Virus record (IMG/VR): IMGVR_UViG_2706795139_000001
Source of the DNA: a virus
Lineage: Duplodnaviria > Heunggongvirae > Uroviricota > Caudoviricetes > Demerecviridae
Direction: 5' to 3' (one strand)
Length of the DNA stretch: 64,000 nt
Shown: in pieces, positions 9,966 to 19,568 of the stretch
Numbering within the stretch: the stretch's first letter is position 1
Layout: each line of letters opens with the position of its first letter
Translations under genes and position numbers: made by a program
Notes under the pieces: model-generated
The model's input: the letters and a program-made list of their open reading frames with translations, nothing else
Database searches by the model: none
What the model was told of the DNA's origin: nothing

Positions 9966-10150
9966 TATTTATTCTCCAGTTTGTCTAACAGTTTATGGGC
10001 TGCTAGGTTATATTGCTCAAGTTCACGATTAAGGATTTGGTTTTCACACTTTAGCTCTAGATTCTTATTATTAAGAATATTGCAGATCAGTAGAAGTGCT
10101 AATATAACTAGCAAGGAACCTACAAGTATTAAAAGAAAAAGAGTTTCCAT
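9965..10150 (-). CDS. small membrane protein (61 aa)
   Basis: N-terminal TM helix. Confidence 0.4.
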   Translation of the reverse strand: METLFLLILVGSLLVILALLLICNILNNKNLELKCENQILNRELEQYNLAAHKLLDKLENK

Positions 10151-10383
10151 TATTTAATTCCCATGTAACGTTTGAGATATATGACGAAGTCTTCTGCTGT
10201 ATGCTCCACACTACCTTGAGCTACAAACAACTTTAAAGCCTCACGCTGTAATTTAAGAGCAGCTAACTCACCACGTAATTTTGTTATATCTTCCGCTAGT
10301 TCTCTAGCTCTGCGCATAATAGCAAATGATACAAATGTTACAATAAATAACATAACTGCTAAAATAATTACTATGATCTCCAT
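10150..10383 (-). CDS. small membrane protein (77 aa)
   Basis: TM helix then coiled coil. Confidence 0.45.
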   Translation of the reverse strand: MEIIVIILAVMLFIVTFVSFAIMRRARELAEDITKLRGELAALKLQREALKLFVAQGSVEHTAEDFVIYLKRYMGIK

Positions 10384-10661
10384 ATTAACATCCAGCTTTT
10401 ATCATATATTTGGGCATGTTCTACTAATTCATTTATTGATGTAGAATTATCGTAGATACCCTCTAGTAAACGTTTTCTGTCAAATTTATCAACCAAATAC
10501 TCCGCGCCATTTATCACTACCATATACAGCTCTGGAACTAAGGGGTGTTTGTTTGGTATTGGACGACTACCTAAGTCTATTTCATTTTTACCCCACTCTG
10601 TTTTAAACAGTCTGTTACTAAGTGCTGCTAGTGGGTTTGACCATACAATATAGCTACTCAC
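10371..10661 (-). CDS. hypothetical protein (96 aa)
   Basis: ORF track. Confidence 0.45.
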   Translation of the reverse strand: MSSYIVWSNPLAALSNRLFKTEWGKNEIDLGSRPIPNKHPLVPELYMVVINGAEYLVDKFDRKRLLEGIYDNSTSINELVEHAQIYDKSWMLIWRS

Positions 10662-11142
10662 TACTTATCTCCATTCTTAGCTTTGAAAACTTATTATACC
10701 AAACTATATGATTATCGTCAATTACAAATTTATGGTAACATGCTGGTACGGTATAAGTTCCATAATCCGTGACACGCTGCACAACCTTGTGTGCACACAG
10801 TCGACAACCATGCCCTTCTAAATGAGATCTAGCAGTTTGCCAGTAATAACCCTTATGGTCTGGACAATAGATCTCGACTTGCTGTTGCATTGTTTTATAA
10901 TTTACACGCTCATACCCAAAGAAAGCCCCGTGAGCTGCAATGGCTTTCTTGATAAATATAAGGTTTAGCGCCTCTTGCTGAAAATCGGGATGTAGCTGTT
11001 TAATCTTAGTTCTATTAATAGATCCATCCGATTTGATGAACCTATTTATTGGAAAGTTGTTAGCTTCCTCGATTAATAGTTCATTTACTTTCTCTCTCAT
11101 ATTAGATACTCTCACAACTAAGATGGAAACATTCGTAAGCAT
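10654..11142 (-). CDS. zinc-ribbon protein (162 aa)
   Basis: CPDHKGYYWQTARSHLEGHGCRLCAH, same Cys-His ribbon as in the N-terminus of the T5orf172 endonucleases in this window. Confidence 0.5.
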   Translation of the reverse strand: MLTNVSILVVRVSNMREKVNELLIEEANNFPINRFIKSDGSINRTKIKQLHPDFQQEALNLIFIKKAIAAHGAFFGYERVNYKTMQQQVEIYCPDHKGYYWQTARSHLEGHGCRLCAHKVVQRVTDYGTYTVPACYHKFVIDDNHIVWYNKFSKLRMEISSE

Positions 11143-11380
11143 CTCCAGTAAACTCTTTATCTTGTAGTATACACTTAGCCTGGTCTTCTGGTACTACAAC
11201 ATCTAATAATTGTTGTTTACTTGGCTTTTCAGCGAATACTTTTACAAAATACTCACCATCCTGATTATACTCATTTATATCTCTAGTAAGGACATATACT
11301 TGCATTTGAAGTTCCTTGAAACATAAAAGGCCAGAACAATTAAGTCCTGGCCTCCTAAAATTAATGAAGTTGTTTACCAC
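11102..11380 (-). CDS. hypothetical protein (92 aa)
   Basis: ORF track. Confidence 0.4.
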   Translation of the reverse strand: MVNNFINFRRPGLNCSGLLCFKELQMQVYVLTRDINEYNQDGEYFVKVFAEKPSKQQLLDVVVPEDQAKCILQDKEFTGDAYECFHLSCESI

Positions 11381-11798
11381 TTCTTAACATAGTGGCCGTT
11401 TCCATAAGACCTAGCGTAGCATCACGCTTATTGATCTGTTTACCAAGTTCATCAGTACGTTTACTGATGTAAGCATTAATAGCCATATTCATAGCTGTAG
11501 CGAGATCTTCTTTGGTTATCTCTTCATCGTCTAAAGCTAATTTAGCCAAAGAATCAAATGTGCTAGAGAGTCCTATAAGATCTGAGGTTTCTCCCGCCAA
11601 AATAGGATTAATATTATCTACTGTTACTTCTAGCATGGAGTTGACAATATCTTCACCGTCTATTAGACCAGTTTCAATATTACTCTCCCACTCCTTCATC
11701 TGCTCCAATAATGGATTTTTCTTTTCTGTCATGGTAGAGGTTTCCTGTGTCAGTCGGTAAGAAGGATGATTGAGCTTTAGGCGGATGTTGCTTAGCAA
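11361..11798 (-). CDS. hypothetical acidic protein (start uncertain; longest ORF overlaps upstream gene)
   Basis: ORF track. Confidence 0.4.
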   Translation of the reverse strand: MLSNIRLKLNHPSYRLTQETSTMTEKKNPLLEQMKEWESNIETGLIDGEDIVNSMLEVTVDNINPILAGETSDLIGLSSTFDSLAKLALDDEEITKEDLATAMNMAINAYISKRTDELGKQINKRDATLGLMETATMLRSGKQLH

Positions 11799-12141
11799 TC
11801 CAGTTAAGAATCAGCACGCGACTAGGAACAATATCGGTGTTATACCAAAAATCGTGAACCCATTGACGAGCATCTTCAAACTTACCAAATTTATATGCTT
11901 TCTTAAACAATTCAAATCCAAAACAATCTGGTGTAAAGTCTACTTCGCGATATTGAATTACTTTAGAACCAGTTAGGTCTTGGATCGCTGCATTAATTTC
12001 TGTATGCGAGAACTTTGTTTCATGAAACTTATTAAAGAATCGGTAGTTGAAGCGTCCGTTCGTTTCGACAAACAACTGGATGAAAAGATCGTTAAATTGG
12101 TTATCAAACCAGTAATTCTGTAGTTGTTGTAGTGCTGTCAT
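11680..12141 (-). CDS. hypothetical protein (153 aa)
   Basis: ORF track. Confidence 0.45.
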   Translation of the reverse strand: MTALQQLQNYWFDNQFNDLFIQLFVETNGRFNYRFFNKFHETKFSHTEINAAIQDLTGSKVIQYREVDFTPDCFGFELFKKAYKFGKFEDARQWVHDFWYNTDIVPSRVLILNWIAKQHPPKAQSSFLPTDTGNLYHDRKEKSIIGADEGVGE

Positions 12142-12338
12142 TTACGAACTCCGTTAATTGCCGTGATAATGCCTTCATACATAAAAGGAAGTAACCAAGA
12201 AGTATAGAATATATTTTCCGTTATTCCTAGATGTCGAAAAAGTATATTAAATAATGCTGTTAGAAATACAATCTGAGGCAGTAATACAAAATACTCAGTT
12301 ACAATCTTTGGTGCCTGATAAACAAGACGTTTTATCAT
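12138..12338 (-). CDS. small membrane protein (66 aa)
   Basis: 2 hydrophobic helices. Confidence 0.4.
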   Translation of the reverse strand: MIKRLVYQAPKIVTEYFVLLPQIVFLTALFNILFRHLGITENIFYTSWLLPFMYEGIITAINGVRK

Positions 12339-12437
12339 TGTTTTTAAGTCTCCTTATTACTTTGGCCTGCTCCACAATAATGAAAACTGCGAGCACTAAT
12401 AGTGCTATTAGCCCCGCAGTAATTGGTACTAAATCAA

Positions 12438-12764
12438 TCATGGGAGACGCCATACGTAATTAGCTGTCTGTAGAACTTCGGAAACATCATCATGTTGCAT
12501 CACTACAGACGTTGGAGAGTAACTATTCGCCAGTTCTGTACGAACCATCTCACGTTCTTCTCCAGTTTCAATATTTTTAACAACCACCTTCATTTTGAGA
12601 GGTGTCAGTTCAGAGAGCGGTTTCCAAGAGTCCTCAATTGCAATTCCTACCTTTTTCTCGATTACCATGAGAACTTCTAGTGTGTCATCTGGAATACTAA
12701 TATTATTATTTACAAACTGTAACAGCTCATGCAAAGTATTTAATTCGTTAAAATTAAGTTTCAT
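12438..12764 (-). CDS. hypothetical protein (start moved to MKLNFNEL, GAGGA RBS)
   Basis: ORF track trimmed to avoid 74-nt overlap. Confidence 0.4.
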   Translation of the reverse strand: MKLNFNELNTLHELLQFVNNNISIPDDTLEVLMVIEKKVGIAIEDSWKPLSELTPLKMKVVVKNIETGEEREMVRTELANSYSPTSVVMQHDDVSEVLQTANYVWRLP

Positions 12765-12999
12765 CTTTAAGAATATCCTCAACCATATCACAGGACTGTT
12801 GCAATTCGTCAGCAATACGCTTAACATCGGTCTTCGTCACTTTACCAATTAACATCACCAGTAGCATAGAAAGTATAATAAGTGGAACTGGAATAACAAA
12901 TAATGCTACCTTAGCTATATTCTTCGGTGCCCATGTATGGTACTTAGTAACTAGAACTCCTACCACGATTAGGTAAAATGCTAGAATAAACATCATCAT
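12754..12999 (-). CDS. small membrane protein (81 aa)
   Basis: 2 TM helices. Confidence 0.4.
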   Translation of the reverse strand: MMMFILAFYLIVVGVLVTKYHTWAPKNIAKVALFVIPVPLIILSMLLVMLIGKVTKTDVKRIADELQQSCDMVEDILKDET

Positions 13000-13271
13000 T
13001 TTTTAATCTCCGTGATTATCTGTGTGCGCATTACTTTAGCAGGTAATTTATTATTCCCAACTATTGCTTCTATATTATTTAATTTTTCCTTAAGAATATC
13101 CGAGCGTCTTTGGGCTATTTCAATATCTTGCTCTAGCAAACGGTGGTGTAGTCCATCGTTAGTAATAAGCATATTTTCCATGCTTTTTCGTGCATTCACA
13201 ATCCCAATAACTCCGCCAATCGCTACTAGCGTAGTAAGAATTAGTAACCCAATAAGAATTTCAATCAACAT
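12996..13271 (-). CDS. small membrane protein (91 aa)
   Basis: N-terminal TM helix. Confidence 0.45.
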   Translation of the reverse strand: MLIEILIGLLILTTLVAIGGVIGIVNARKSMENMLITNDGLHHRLLEQDIEIAQRRSDILKEKLNNIEAIVGNNKLPAKVMRTQIITEIKK

Positions 13272-13434
13272 TAAATATCCTTACATTTTTCATTGTTTGG
13301 AACTAGTTTACACAACTCCACATTTAACTCGTGGATAGAATTGTCTAGTTCTTCTAAACGTGTGTGAAGAGAAACTATACTATATATTAACACTCCTAAA
13401 AGGAATGACAGCATAAAAATGGATAGTCTTTCCA

Positions 13435-13731
13435 TTATTTCTTACCTTTCAGTTGTTTAACTTCACGCTCAAAGCTAGCTGCTCGGCGTTCTGCCACTGC
13501 TTGATGCTCCTTAGCAAAGCGTGCCTCTTGTTTTGCTAAGTTAAAGGCCATAGCGTTCTTGTTAAGAGAATCGTACATCTTTTTCATTGCTGGGATGGAC
13601 ATTTTCATCAGTTGCCCCTCAAATCCTTGCATGTCGAGGAGAATTGCTAATACATTGGCCATTTCAGTCTTGGTAAGGTTAGAGGCGTCGAAGTCTTTAG
13701 TCATGTTTTCCATTAGAATTTCCTCTCTCAT
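13435..13731 (-). CDS. hypothetical protein (98 aa)
   Basis: ORF track; promoter at 13746-13774. Confidence 0.5.
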   Translation of the reverse strand: MREEILMENMTKDFDASNLTKTEMANVLAILLDMQGFEGQLMKMSIPAMKKMYDSLNKNAMAFNLAKQEARFAKEHQAVAERRAASFEREVKQLKGKK

Positions 13732-13745
13732 TAATTTATGAACTT

Positions 13746-13774
13746 ATTATACAGAATTTTAAGGCTTAAAGCAA
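13746..13774 (-). promoter_or_regulatory. T5-type promoter TTGCTT-17-TATAAT
   Basis: plus strand shows attata..17 nt..aagcaa. Confidence 0.6.
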
Positions 13775-13791
13775 CTGAATTTTTTAATTAC

Positions 13792-14223
13792 TTACCAATC
13801 GTTAACGAAACCTGAGAACTCAGAAGCAAAAACTTTTTCAAATTTTTCTGCAATTTCAGGATGATCTTTACAGATTAACTCAATACATGCTTCTGGAGCT
13901 ATTCCTTCGTCTTCAGGATCACCGTAATATTTGTCCCAAAGATCATCAGGGATGATGTGCTCTGCCAAATCTTGGAAAGAGATTAGCTGATAACGTTCTG
14001 CTTCCTCGGGGATAAGGATTTCACAAAGATCTTTATCTATATCACTACGGTAATCAGCAATTAGCAAGGCATTGCAAGCATGGCACTCCCAAACCATCAA
14101 GCGTTCAGAAATAGGATTAGACTTATCCTGAACGTAAGACTGAAACAGGGGTCGGAAAGTAGCTTTGACTTGTTCAAACTTATCTGCTGCTGCGAAAACT
14201 AGAGCCTTATCAACTTTGTTCAT
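13792..14223 (-). CDS. hypothetical protein (143 aa)
   Basis: ORF track. Confidence 0.55.
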   Translation of the reverse strand: MNKVDKALVFAAADKFEQVKATFRPLFQSYVQDKSNPISERLMVWECHACNALLIADYRSDIDKDLCEILIPEEAERYQLISFQDLAEHIIPDDLWDKYYGDPEDEGIAPEACIELICKDHPEIAEKFEKVFASEFSGFVNDW

Positions 14224-14253
14224 TTTATCTCCTTCTCATCAATTTATAGAGTA

Positions 14254-14282
14254 ATTATACAGAAACTTAGGCATTTTAGCAA
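14254..14282 (-). promoter_or_regulatory. T5-type promoter TTGCTA-17-TATAAT
   Basis: attata at 14254, tagcaa at 14277. Confidence 0.6.
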
Positions 14283-14390
14283 ATAAAACTTTTAATTAAA
14301 ATGCCTAATCCTGTACTAATAGCAATACAAATGATTATAAGTATTGCTACTGCTTGTATGATTCGTTTAATAATAGCCTCAGCTATATAC

Positions 14391-14912
14391 TTAGACATTT
14401 AACATCCAGCTAATTTTATCGTGGGAAGTATACCTACCACTCATGATGTCTTCCAGTCGTACTGGTGATTTTGCATACTCTACACAAACGTTAATATAAC
14501 GGGGATCTCCCATTAATTCAAAGTGAGTATGCCCATGTAAGTTCTTCTTACCCCTCAGCTCTCCTGGATGTACTGGAGCATGGGAAAGCCAGAAGTTTTT
14601 ATATTTAACTAGTGATTGTACATTATCTACAACTCCTGCTAAGTCTTTGAAAGATAATCCTTCTCGCTCTAAGTCGTGGTTCCCCAAAACCAGTGTAGTT
14701 CTAACATTGCTAAAGAGTTTTCCGAACTTCTCCAAACCATTTCTAGATACAAATGCATCTCCTAAAATATAAAATACTGTACGCTTATCTTTCATGGATG
14801 TAATAGTATCCATAATAAATTCATCATGCTCTTCCATAGTAGAGAAGATTGGTCTGAATTTAGTAATATTTGCATGTCCTAAATGGAGATCACTCCAAAA
14901 GCAAACTTTCAT
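14391..14912 (-). CDS. metallophosphoesterase (173 aa)
   Basis: SDLHLGH, GDAFV, GNHD calcineurin-like motifs. Confidence 0.65.
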   Translation of the reverse strand: MKVCFWSDLHLGHANITKFRPIFSTMEEHDEFIMDTITSMKDKRTVFYILGDAFVSRNGLEKFGKLFSNVRTTLVLGNHDLEREGLSFKDLAGVVDNVQSLVKYKNFWLSHAPVHPGELRGKKNLHGHTHFELMGDPRYINVCVEYAKSPVRLEDIMSGRYTSHDKISWMLNV

Positions 14913-15788
14913 TTAAAGAATCCTCTGTACACCACAGCTATTATTTTTGTCAGTGGTAAATGTTGTGATTTTGCCAGTTTCATCATTAACTTGCGCAACC
15001 GTCAACTGCCCGTTGAAAACACCGCCAGTATCTAGGTAAACACGATTCTGGTATAAAATAGGGTAAGGTACTCCAGTATGCCCATGGAACACAAAGTCTA
15101 CTCCTTTAACTGGAGGTATTTCTACTGTGTATTTTTCTTTAAACCCAGAATAACGCTGGAAATAGGGGTGTTCCTCACCATTTTTAGACAAGTGGAAGCC
15201 TATCTCTTGGATTACATCTCGATCCCATAAGTATGGTTCAACATGGTATCCAGGATGGTCATGTGGGTCTTCCTTAGCTGCTTCTACTTGTGCAATAAGG
15301 TTATCCCATACTGGGGTTTCTACCTCATTACCACATTCTTTATACGTGAATGGTACACCACCATGAACAACACCATACTTCTTACCACGATGCAGCACAG
15401 TCAGGAATACTGGAAGTTTTTCAGCCATGTCTTCGGCAATATTTTTAATGATATCTGTATCTAGTTCATTCATAGCCCACATACCACCGTTATACATCCA
15501 GTTAGCCCAATCCCCTACAATCATAAACTGGTCATGATTTCCACGAACGCTACAGAAACGTGGATTATACAGGAATTTGGCTAAAACTTGTAGGTTTTGT
15601 GTGCCTCGGTCAATTAAGTCCCCTACACATACAACGCAATCTTTCTTGCCGTTATAGCCAGCTAATTGTAGTGCATCTTCTAGTAAATCGTTGCATCCAT
15701 GAATATCACCAACAAAGAATAAGTTAACATCATCAGGTACTACTAGTGTTTTATGCACATTAAATTCTTTTTTCATAATTATTCCCAA
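14913..15788 (-). CDS. Ser/Thr protein phosphatase (PPP family, 291 aa)
   Basis: GDIHGC, GDLIDRG, GNHD motifs. Confidence 0.75.
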   Translation of the reverse strand: MGIIMKKEFNVHKTLVVPDDVNLFFVGDIHGCNDLLEDALQLAGYNGKKDCVVCVGDLIDRGTQNLQVLAKFLYNPRFCSVRGNHDQFMIVGDWANWMYNGGMWAMNELDTDIIKNIAEDMAEKLPVFLTVLHRGKKYGVVHGGVPFTYKECGNEVETPVWDNLIAQVEAAKEDPHDHPGYHVEPYLWDRDVIQEIGFHLSKNGEEHPYFQRYSGFKEKYTVEIPPVKGVDFVFHGHTGVPYPILYQNRVYLDTGGVFNGQLTVAQVNDETGKITTFTTDKNNSCGVQRIL

Positions 15789-16024
15789 ATAACATTTAAA
15801 ATAGTTGTACCATAGTTATTAGATAGTTTGAGAGTATAACCCTCTTTATAAATGGCTTTTATGGCCTCATAACTAATTTCATCACGGTTAAACTGCACAT
15901 AAGAACCACCACATTCTACAGAAGATATAATCCGTCTTTTAACGTATCTATACGGTTTCTTTCTGCTCTTGAGAAGAGCAGCTCTATTAACTCTAGCTAA
16001 ATGTTTTGCTTGCTCTGCTAACAT
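15779..16024 (-). CDS. hypothetical protein (81 aa)
   Basis: ORF track. Confidence 0.4.
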   Translation of the reverse strand: MLAEQAKHLARVNRAALLKSRKKPYRYVKRRIISSVECGGSYVQFNRDEISYEAIKAIYKEGYTLKLSNNYGTTILNVIWE

Positions 16025-16028
16025 TTAA

Positions 16029-16406
16029 TTATCTCCAATGGTTAGTATGTTTTTCAGCCTCTTCATCATTAGGCTCAAATACTACGTGGCAATCTACAGC
16101 TTCCCAAAAGGCTTCACGGATTAAGGAGTTCTTAGCTGAAATATCTAACTCTTCCCACTCCTCTAAAGTCTCTAGGTCTGTATCAACTTCGGTATCACAG
16201 CCAACCAAACCCAGAGACACAACAAGAGTAAGACGATCTTCACGTTCTTCGGGATAAACCTCAGCATACTCCCAAGCAGCTTCTTCAACATAATATTGTT
16301 GTTCCTTTTCTGGAAGTGACTTATACTTTTCCTCTGTAATACCCATCTCAACAGCGCGAGTACCACAAACTACGTTATTATTAATAATTAGATATGCATA
16401 GTTCAT
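16029..16406 (-). CDS. acidic hypothetical protein (125 aa)
   Basis: ORF track. Confidence 0.5.
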   Translation of the reverse strand: MNYAYLIINNNVVCGTRAVEMGITEEKYKSLPEKEQQYYVEEAAWEYAEVYPEEREDRLTLVVSLGLVGCDTEVDTDLETLEEWEELDISAKNSLIREAFWEAVDCHVVFEPNDEEAEKHTNHWR

Positions 16407-16463
16407 TGGAATACTCCTATTTCTTGTAGTGCGTAGATAGCCTTCTCATCAATTTATATAAGT

Positions 16464-16492
16464 ATTATACCAAAATTTTTAGCAAAAAGCAA
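16464..16492 (-). promoter_or_regulatory. T5-type promoter TTGCTT-17-TATAAT
   Basis: sequence pattern. Confidence 0.55.
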
Positions 16493-16533
16493 GTAAAATA
16501 AAAGCCTGATCCGCTAAGATCAGGCTTGGTTTA

Positions 16534-16830
16534 TTAATCCTCTGGATTATCATCCAGGAAATTTTTAATAGCTTCGTGCATAGTTTCTTTACGAAGCTGA
16601 CGTCCAATCAAAATATGGTTAGCTTCTACTCGACCATTAGGTAAGCGATCTGCCAGAACTACTACAGGAACTTGGCGTACACCAAATTTCTGCATTAATT
16701 CTGTATTATCAGTCTCTTTATGGACTTCCAAATTATATTCATTGACTACTTTATCAAACACAGGTTCGAAAAGAGCACAAGGACGACACGTGGAACCTTT
16801 TAATAAATAAATAACTTTGCTCATATACAC
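16534..16830 (-). CDS. thioredoxin/glutaredoxin-like protein (98 aa)
   Basis: CRPC redox motif, Trx-fold-like length. Confidence 0.55.
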   Translation of the reverse strand: MYMSKVIYLLKGSTCRPCALFEPVFDKVVNEYNLEVHKETDNTELMQKFGVRQVPVVVLADRLPNGRVEANHILIGRQLRKETMHEAIKNFLDDNPED

Positions 16831-16837
16831 TCCTATT

Positions 16838-17377
16838 TTACTTGTTAAGCTCTTCTAAATCTGGTATATATCCAAGAAACTCCTCAATTAAAGCGTACTC
16901 CCCAGCAATCTCCTGTCTAGACTTATTTGCTAAGTCTACTGCCAGAGCTAAGTCTTCATAATTGAAAGTTCCTTTCATACGTTTTCGGCCTGTTTCATCC
17001 GTAATTTGAACTCTCCATTTCTGCCTATCTTTAGCCCACATAACATTTGCATATCCAGATTTGGACTTTCTATGCTTCTTATTACGACAATTTTGTGGTT
17101 TAGATGCAGAACGTAAGTTTTTCCATCGGTTATTTTGTGGATTTCTATCTATGTGATCCACAAATTCAGGTATATATCCTTCCATATATAGGAAGGCCCA
17201 TCTATGGGCTCCCTGCCTCTCCCCTTCCACCATTATCATTATGTAATCATTGTTGTATAGAGTTCCAGCTTCCATTCCCCTCTTTACATACTGATTATTA
17301 CCATCTATCTTCCAGGTAAATATCCCGGTTTCTGGGTTATATTCTAGTAATTCTTTTAGTCTTTCTTGAGTAATCAC
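16838..17377 (-). CDS. HNH homing endonuclease (179 aa), MITQERLKEL family
   Basis: VDHIDRNPQNNRWKNLRSASKPQN; paralogous N-terminus to 41896-42420 and 63177-63710. Confidence 0.7.
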   Translation of the reverse strand: MITQERLKELLEYNPETGIFTWKIDGNNQYVKRGMEAGTLYNNDYIMIMVEGERQGAHRWAFLYMEGYIPEFVDHIDRNPQNNRWKNLRSASKPQNCRNKKHRKSKSGYANVMWAKDRQKWRVQITDETGRKRMKGTFNYEDLALAVDLANKSRQEIAGEYALIEEFLGYIPDLEELNK

Positions 17378-17778
17378 AATTTATTAATGGCCTCTAAGAA
17401 GTTTTTCATGCACTTAACAGTTGCGGTGCTCAGATCAAGATTTACACCCAAACACTCGGTTAATGCTTCCTGATAAGGAGCCTTTAATCTGCCTTCTGGG
17501 ACTTCTACCTTCTTATATTCTTTATTTTTGACCTTTTTAATCATAGTCTCTAGTACAAGAAGCGGTAATTTAGCACCTTCAATATCAGTACCCAAAAGTT
17601 CAGTTAAAATTTTATTAAGATCAAGACGAGTTAACTTTTTGCCCTTAGACATAGTAGTTCCTGCCTTCTTCTCAAGTTTTTTACGCTCTGGTGAATCGAG
17701 GTCACGTAATGCGATGTTCAACTCATATGGAGCCATGTTATAATGTTCCGCCATTTGAGTGTAGAAACGATCAGACAT
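17374..17778 (-). CDS. hypothetical protein (134 aa)
   Basis: ORF track. Confidence 0.5.
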   Translation of the reverse strand: MSDRFYTQMAEHYNMAPYELNIALRDLDSPERKKLEKKAGTTMSKGKKLTRLDLNKILTELLGTDIEGAKLPLLVLETMIKKVKNKEYKKVEVPEGRLKAPYQEALTECLGVNLDLSTATVKCMKNFLEAINKL

Positions 17779-17811
17779 AATATATACCTCTCTTAACTAA
17801 TTTATGTATAT

Positions 17812-17840
17812 ATTATATAATAACTAGGGCTAAAAGTCAA
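17812..17840 (-). promoter_or_regulatory. T5-type promoter TTGACT-17-TATAAT
   Basis: sequence pattern. Confidence 0.55.
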
Positions 17841-17853
17841 CTACTTTTTTATC

Positions 17854-18270
17854 TTAATCTACTACATGTATAAATCTTTTCCTAACTAGATACATAGTTA
17901 TTGGGTAAATTGAGTACATAAGTATCGGGGAGAAAAGGGTGAAATACGCTGTAACTCCCCCAGCTAACATCAAAGGTATTAATGCTAGAGTAAGGGCCAT
18001 AAGAATCATACCGAATGAAACAGCCAAAGCTATGGATATAGGATTCTCTAGTTCCATCCATAACCAACAATATTTCGTATCTCTATGGCAATTGCATTTA
18101 CAAACGCCGAATGAACCCATAATTATATACTCTAGTCCGTGAATAACCTTTATTAATAAGCTATTTCGGGTAGTTAATGCAAGGATAGTAAAGACTATCA
18201 TTAAAACGAATACTACTAGACTTATTTTCCAGATACCTAGCAGCATCATAGTGAATAGTTCTGCAAACAT
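17854..18270 (-). CDS. polytopic membrane protein (138 aa), downstream of lysis genes
   Basis: 4 hydrophobic helices; Cys-rich loop. Confidence 0.5.
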   Translation of the reverse strand: MFAELFTMMLLGIWKISLVVFVLMIVFTILALTTRNSLLIKVIHGLEYIIMGSFGVCKCNCHRDTKYCWLWMELENPISIALAVSFGMILMALTLALIPLMLAGGVTAYFTLFSPILMYSIYPITMYLVRKRFIHVVD

Positions 18271-18345
18271 GGCTTTCTCCTATCTTCAAAAATTATTAAA
18301 GCCCCCTTTGCCTAAAAAGGCGGGAATACTCCCGCCGTATCTTAC

Positions 18346-18759
18346 TTAAATCAATTCTATATGTGGGCCATCAAAAGTACCACGTTGGATTTCATCCTTA
18401 TAACTTCCGTTCTGGTTCCAATCACCACCCCATCTAATCTTTACCCCTAGCTCTTCTGCTGCCTTAAAGAAGGCATCTGCCACTAATTTGAATGATTCTA
18501 AATCATTCCAATCAATCTTCCCATTTTTAAGAGGAGCAAAGTCAACGGCCAGCCCTTGTACGTGTTTTGACTTGCTCGGGTCTTTTAAAAACGAGGTTCC
18601 ATTCTTAATATTTTGGGCGCTTTGTTCTAAGGAACGTAATCCTTCTGTAATCGTAAAATCATATGGGCTTAATTCTAAAGCTCTATGAGTTACTCTTACT
18701 AAATCTGGATGAACACCCTTTAATCTATCTAAACTTCTTTTACCAAATTTAAAACTCAT
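18346..18759 (-). CDS. endolysin, L-alanyl-D-glutamate peptidase (peptidase M15-like, 137 aa)
   Basis: matches the size and family described for the T5 endolysin. Confidence 0.75.
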   Translation of the reverse strand: MSFKFGKRSLDRLKGVHPDLVRVTHRALELSPYDFTITEGLRSLEQSAQNIKNGTSFLKDPSKSKHVQGLAVDFAPLKNGKIDWNDLESFKLVADAFFKAAEELGVKIRWGGDWNQNGSYKDEIQRGTFDGPHIELI

Positions 18760-19412
18760 ATTGATCTACCTAAAGATCTCTGTTGTGGGGAACAGAGCTT
18801 TGTTAAATACTCGTTAAATTTCTCAGAATCGGCTGCATCTACAGGATTATCTTTCCAAGCAATACCAATATATCCAGCATAGATATTGTTTAGATTGAAA
18901 TAGGGACAAGTGTATATGTAATTAAAAGTAACGTTCTTAAACGCAGGTATATTTAACCCCATGTATTTATTTACTTTTACACTTAAATCCGATGCGTAGT
19001 TAAAGCCTTCCAAGTGACGTCTATATAGCTCAGACGTTTTATTTACCGCTTTATCGGCCAAGTCAGCCCTATCTAATTGCGCATTGCTTTCCCATGCAAT
19101 AATGTTAGAATAATCATTAATGGCATCGGGTTTATACTTGACGACAAAAACAGCATCCGCACCCGTTTGAGAAAAGAGTACCATGCTCTTTTCTCTAGCT
19201 ACATTAGGAAAGTTATCTATCCTTTGAGTTTGAACATCCTGTAGAACCGCAGACGTGGAGAAAGTCTTTAAGAATGACATCACCTCGCTAGTATTACTAA
19301 CAAATAAGAAAATAATGACAGCAACTAAGATAGTTAGCAGACGTTTAAGAAGCGATGCTGGATCTTTCGCTTCTTGGAGCAGTACCGTTAATAATTGTAA
19401 GAACTTTTCCAA
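18756..19412 (-). CDS. holin-like membrane protein (218 aa)
   Basis: TM segment; directly upstream of and overlapping endolysin. Confidence 0.55.
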   Translation of the reverse strand: MEKFLQLLTVLLQEAKDPASLLKRLLTILVAVIIFLFVSNTSEVMSFLKTFSTSAVLQDVQTQRIDNFPNVAREKSMVLFSQTGADAVFVVKYKPDAINDYSNIIAWESNAQLDRADLADKAVNKTSELYRRHLEGFNYASDLSVKVNKYMGLNIPAFKNVTFNYIYTCPYFNLNNIYAGYIGIAWKDNPVDAADSEKFNEYLTKLCSPQQRSLGRSI

Positions 19413-19436
19413 TTGTAACCTCCTCTAACCAGTACC

Positions 19437-19465
19437 ATTATACTAATTTTGGAGGAAAATTACAA
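19437..19465 (-). promoter_or_regulatory. promoter TTGTAA-17-TATAAT for lysis genes
   Basis: sequence pattern. Confidence 0.5.
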
Positions 19466-19519
19466 TGTGTTTTTAAAGATCACTTCTGGAGCATAAAATT
19501 TTGTCGTTGTCAAGAAGAA

Positions 19520-19559
19520 TTTTAGATAAAAGAAAAGCCAGGGTCGTTAAACCCTGGCT
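19520..19559 (-). terminator. rho-independent terminator (AGCCAGGG..CCCTGGCT)
   Basis: hairpin plus T-run on minus strand. Confidence 0.6.
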
Positions 19560-19568
19560 TAAAACTAC

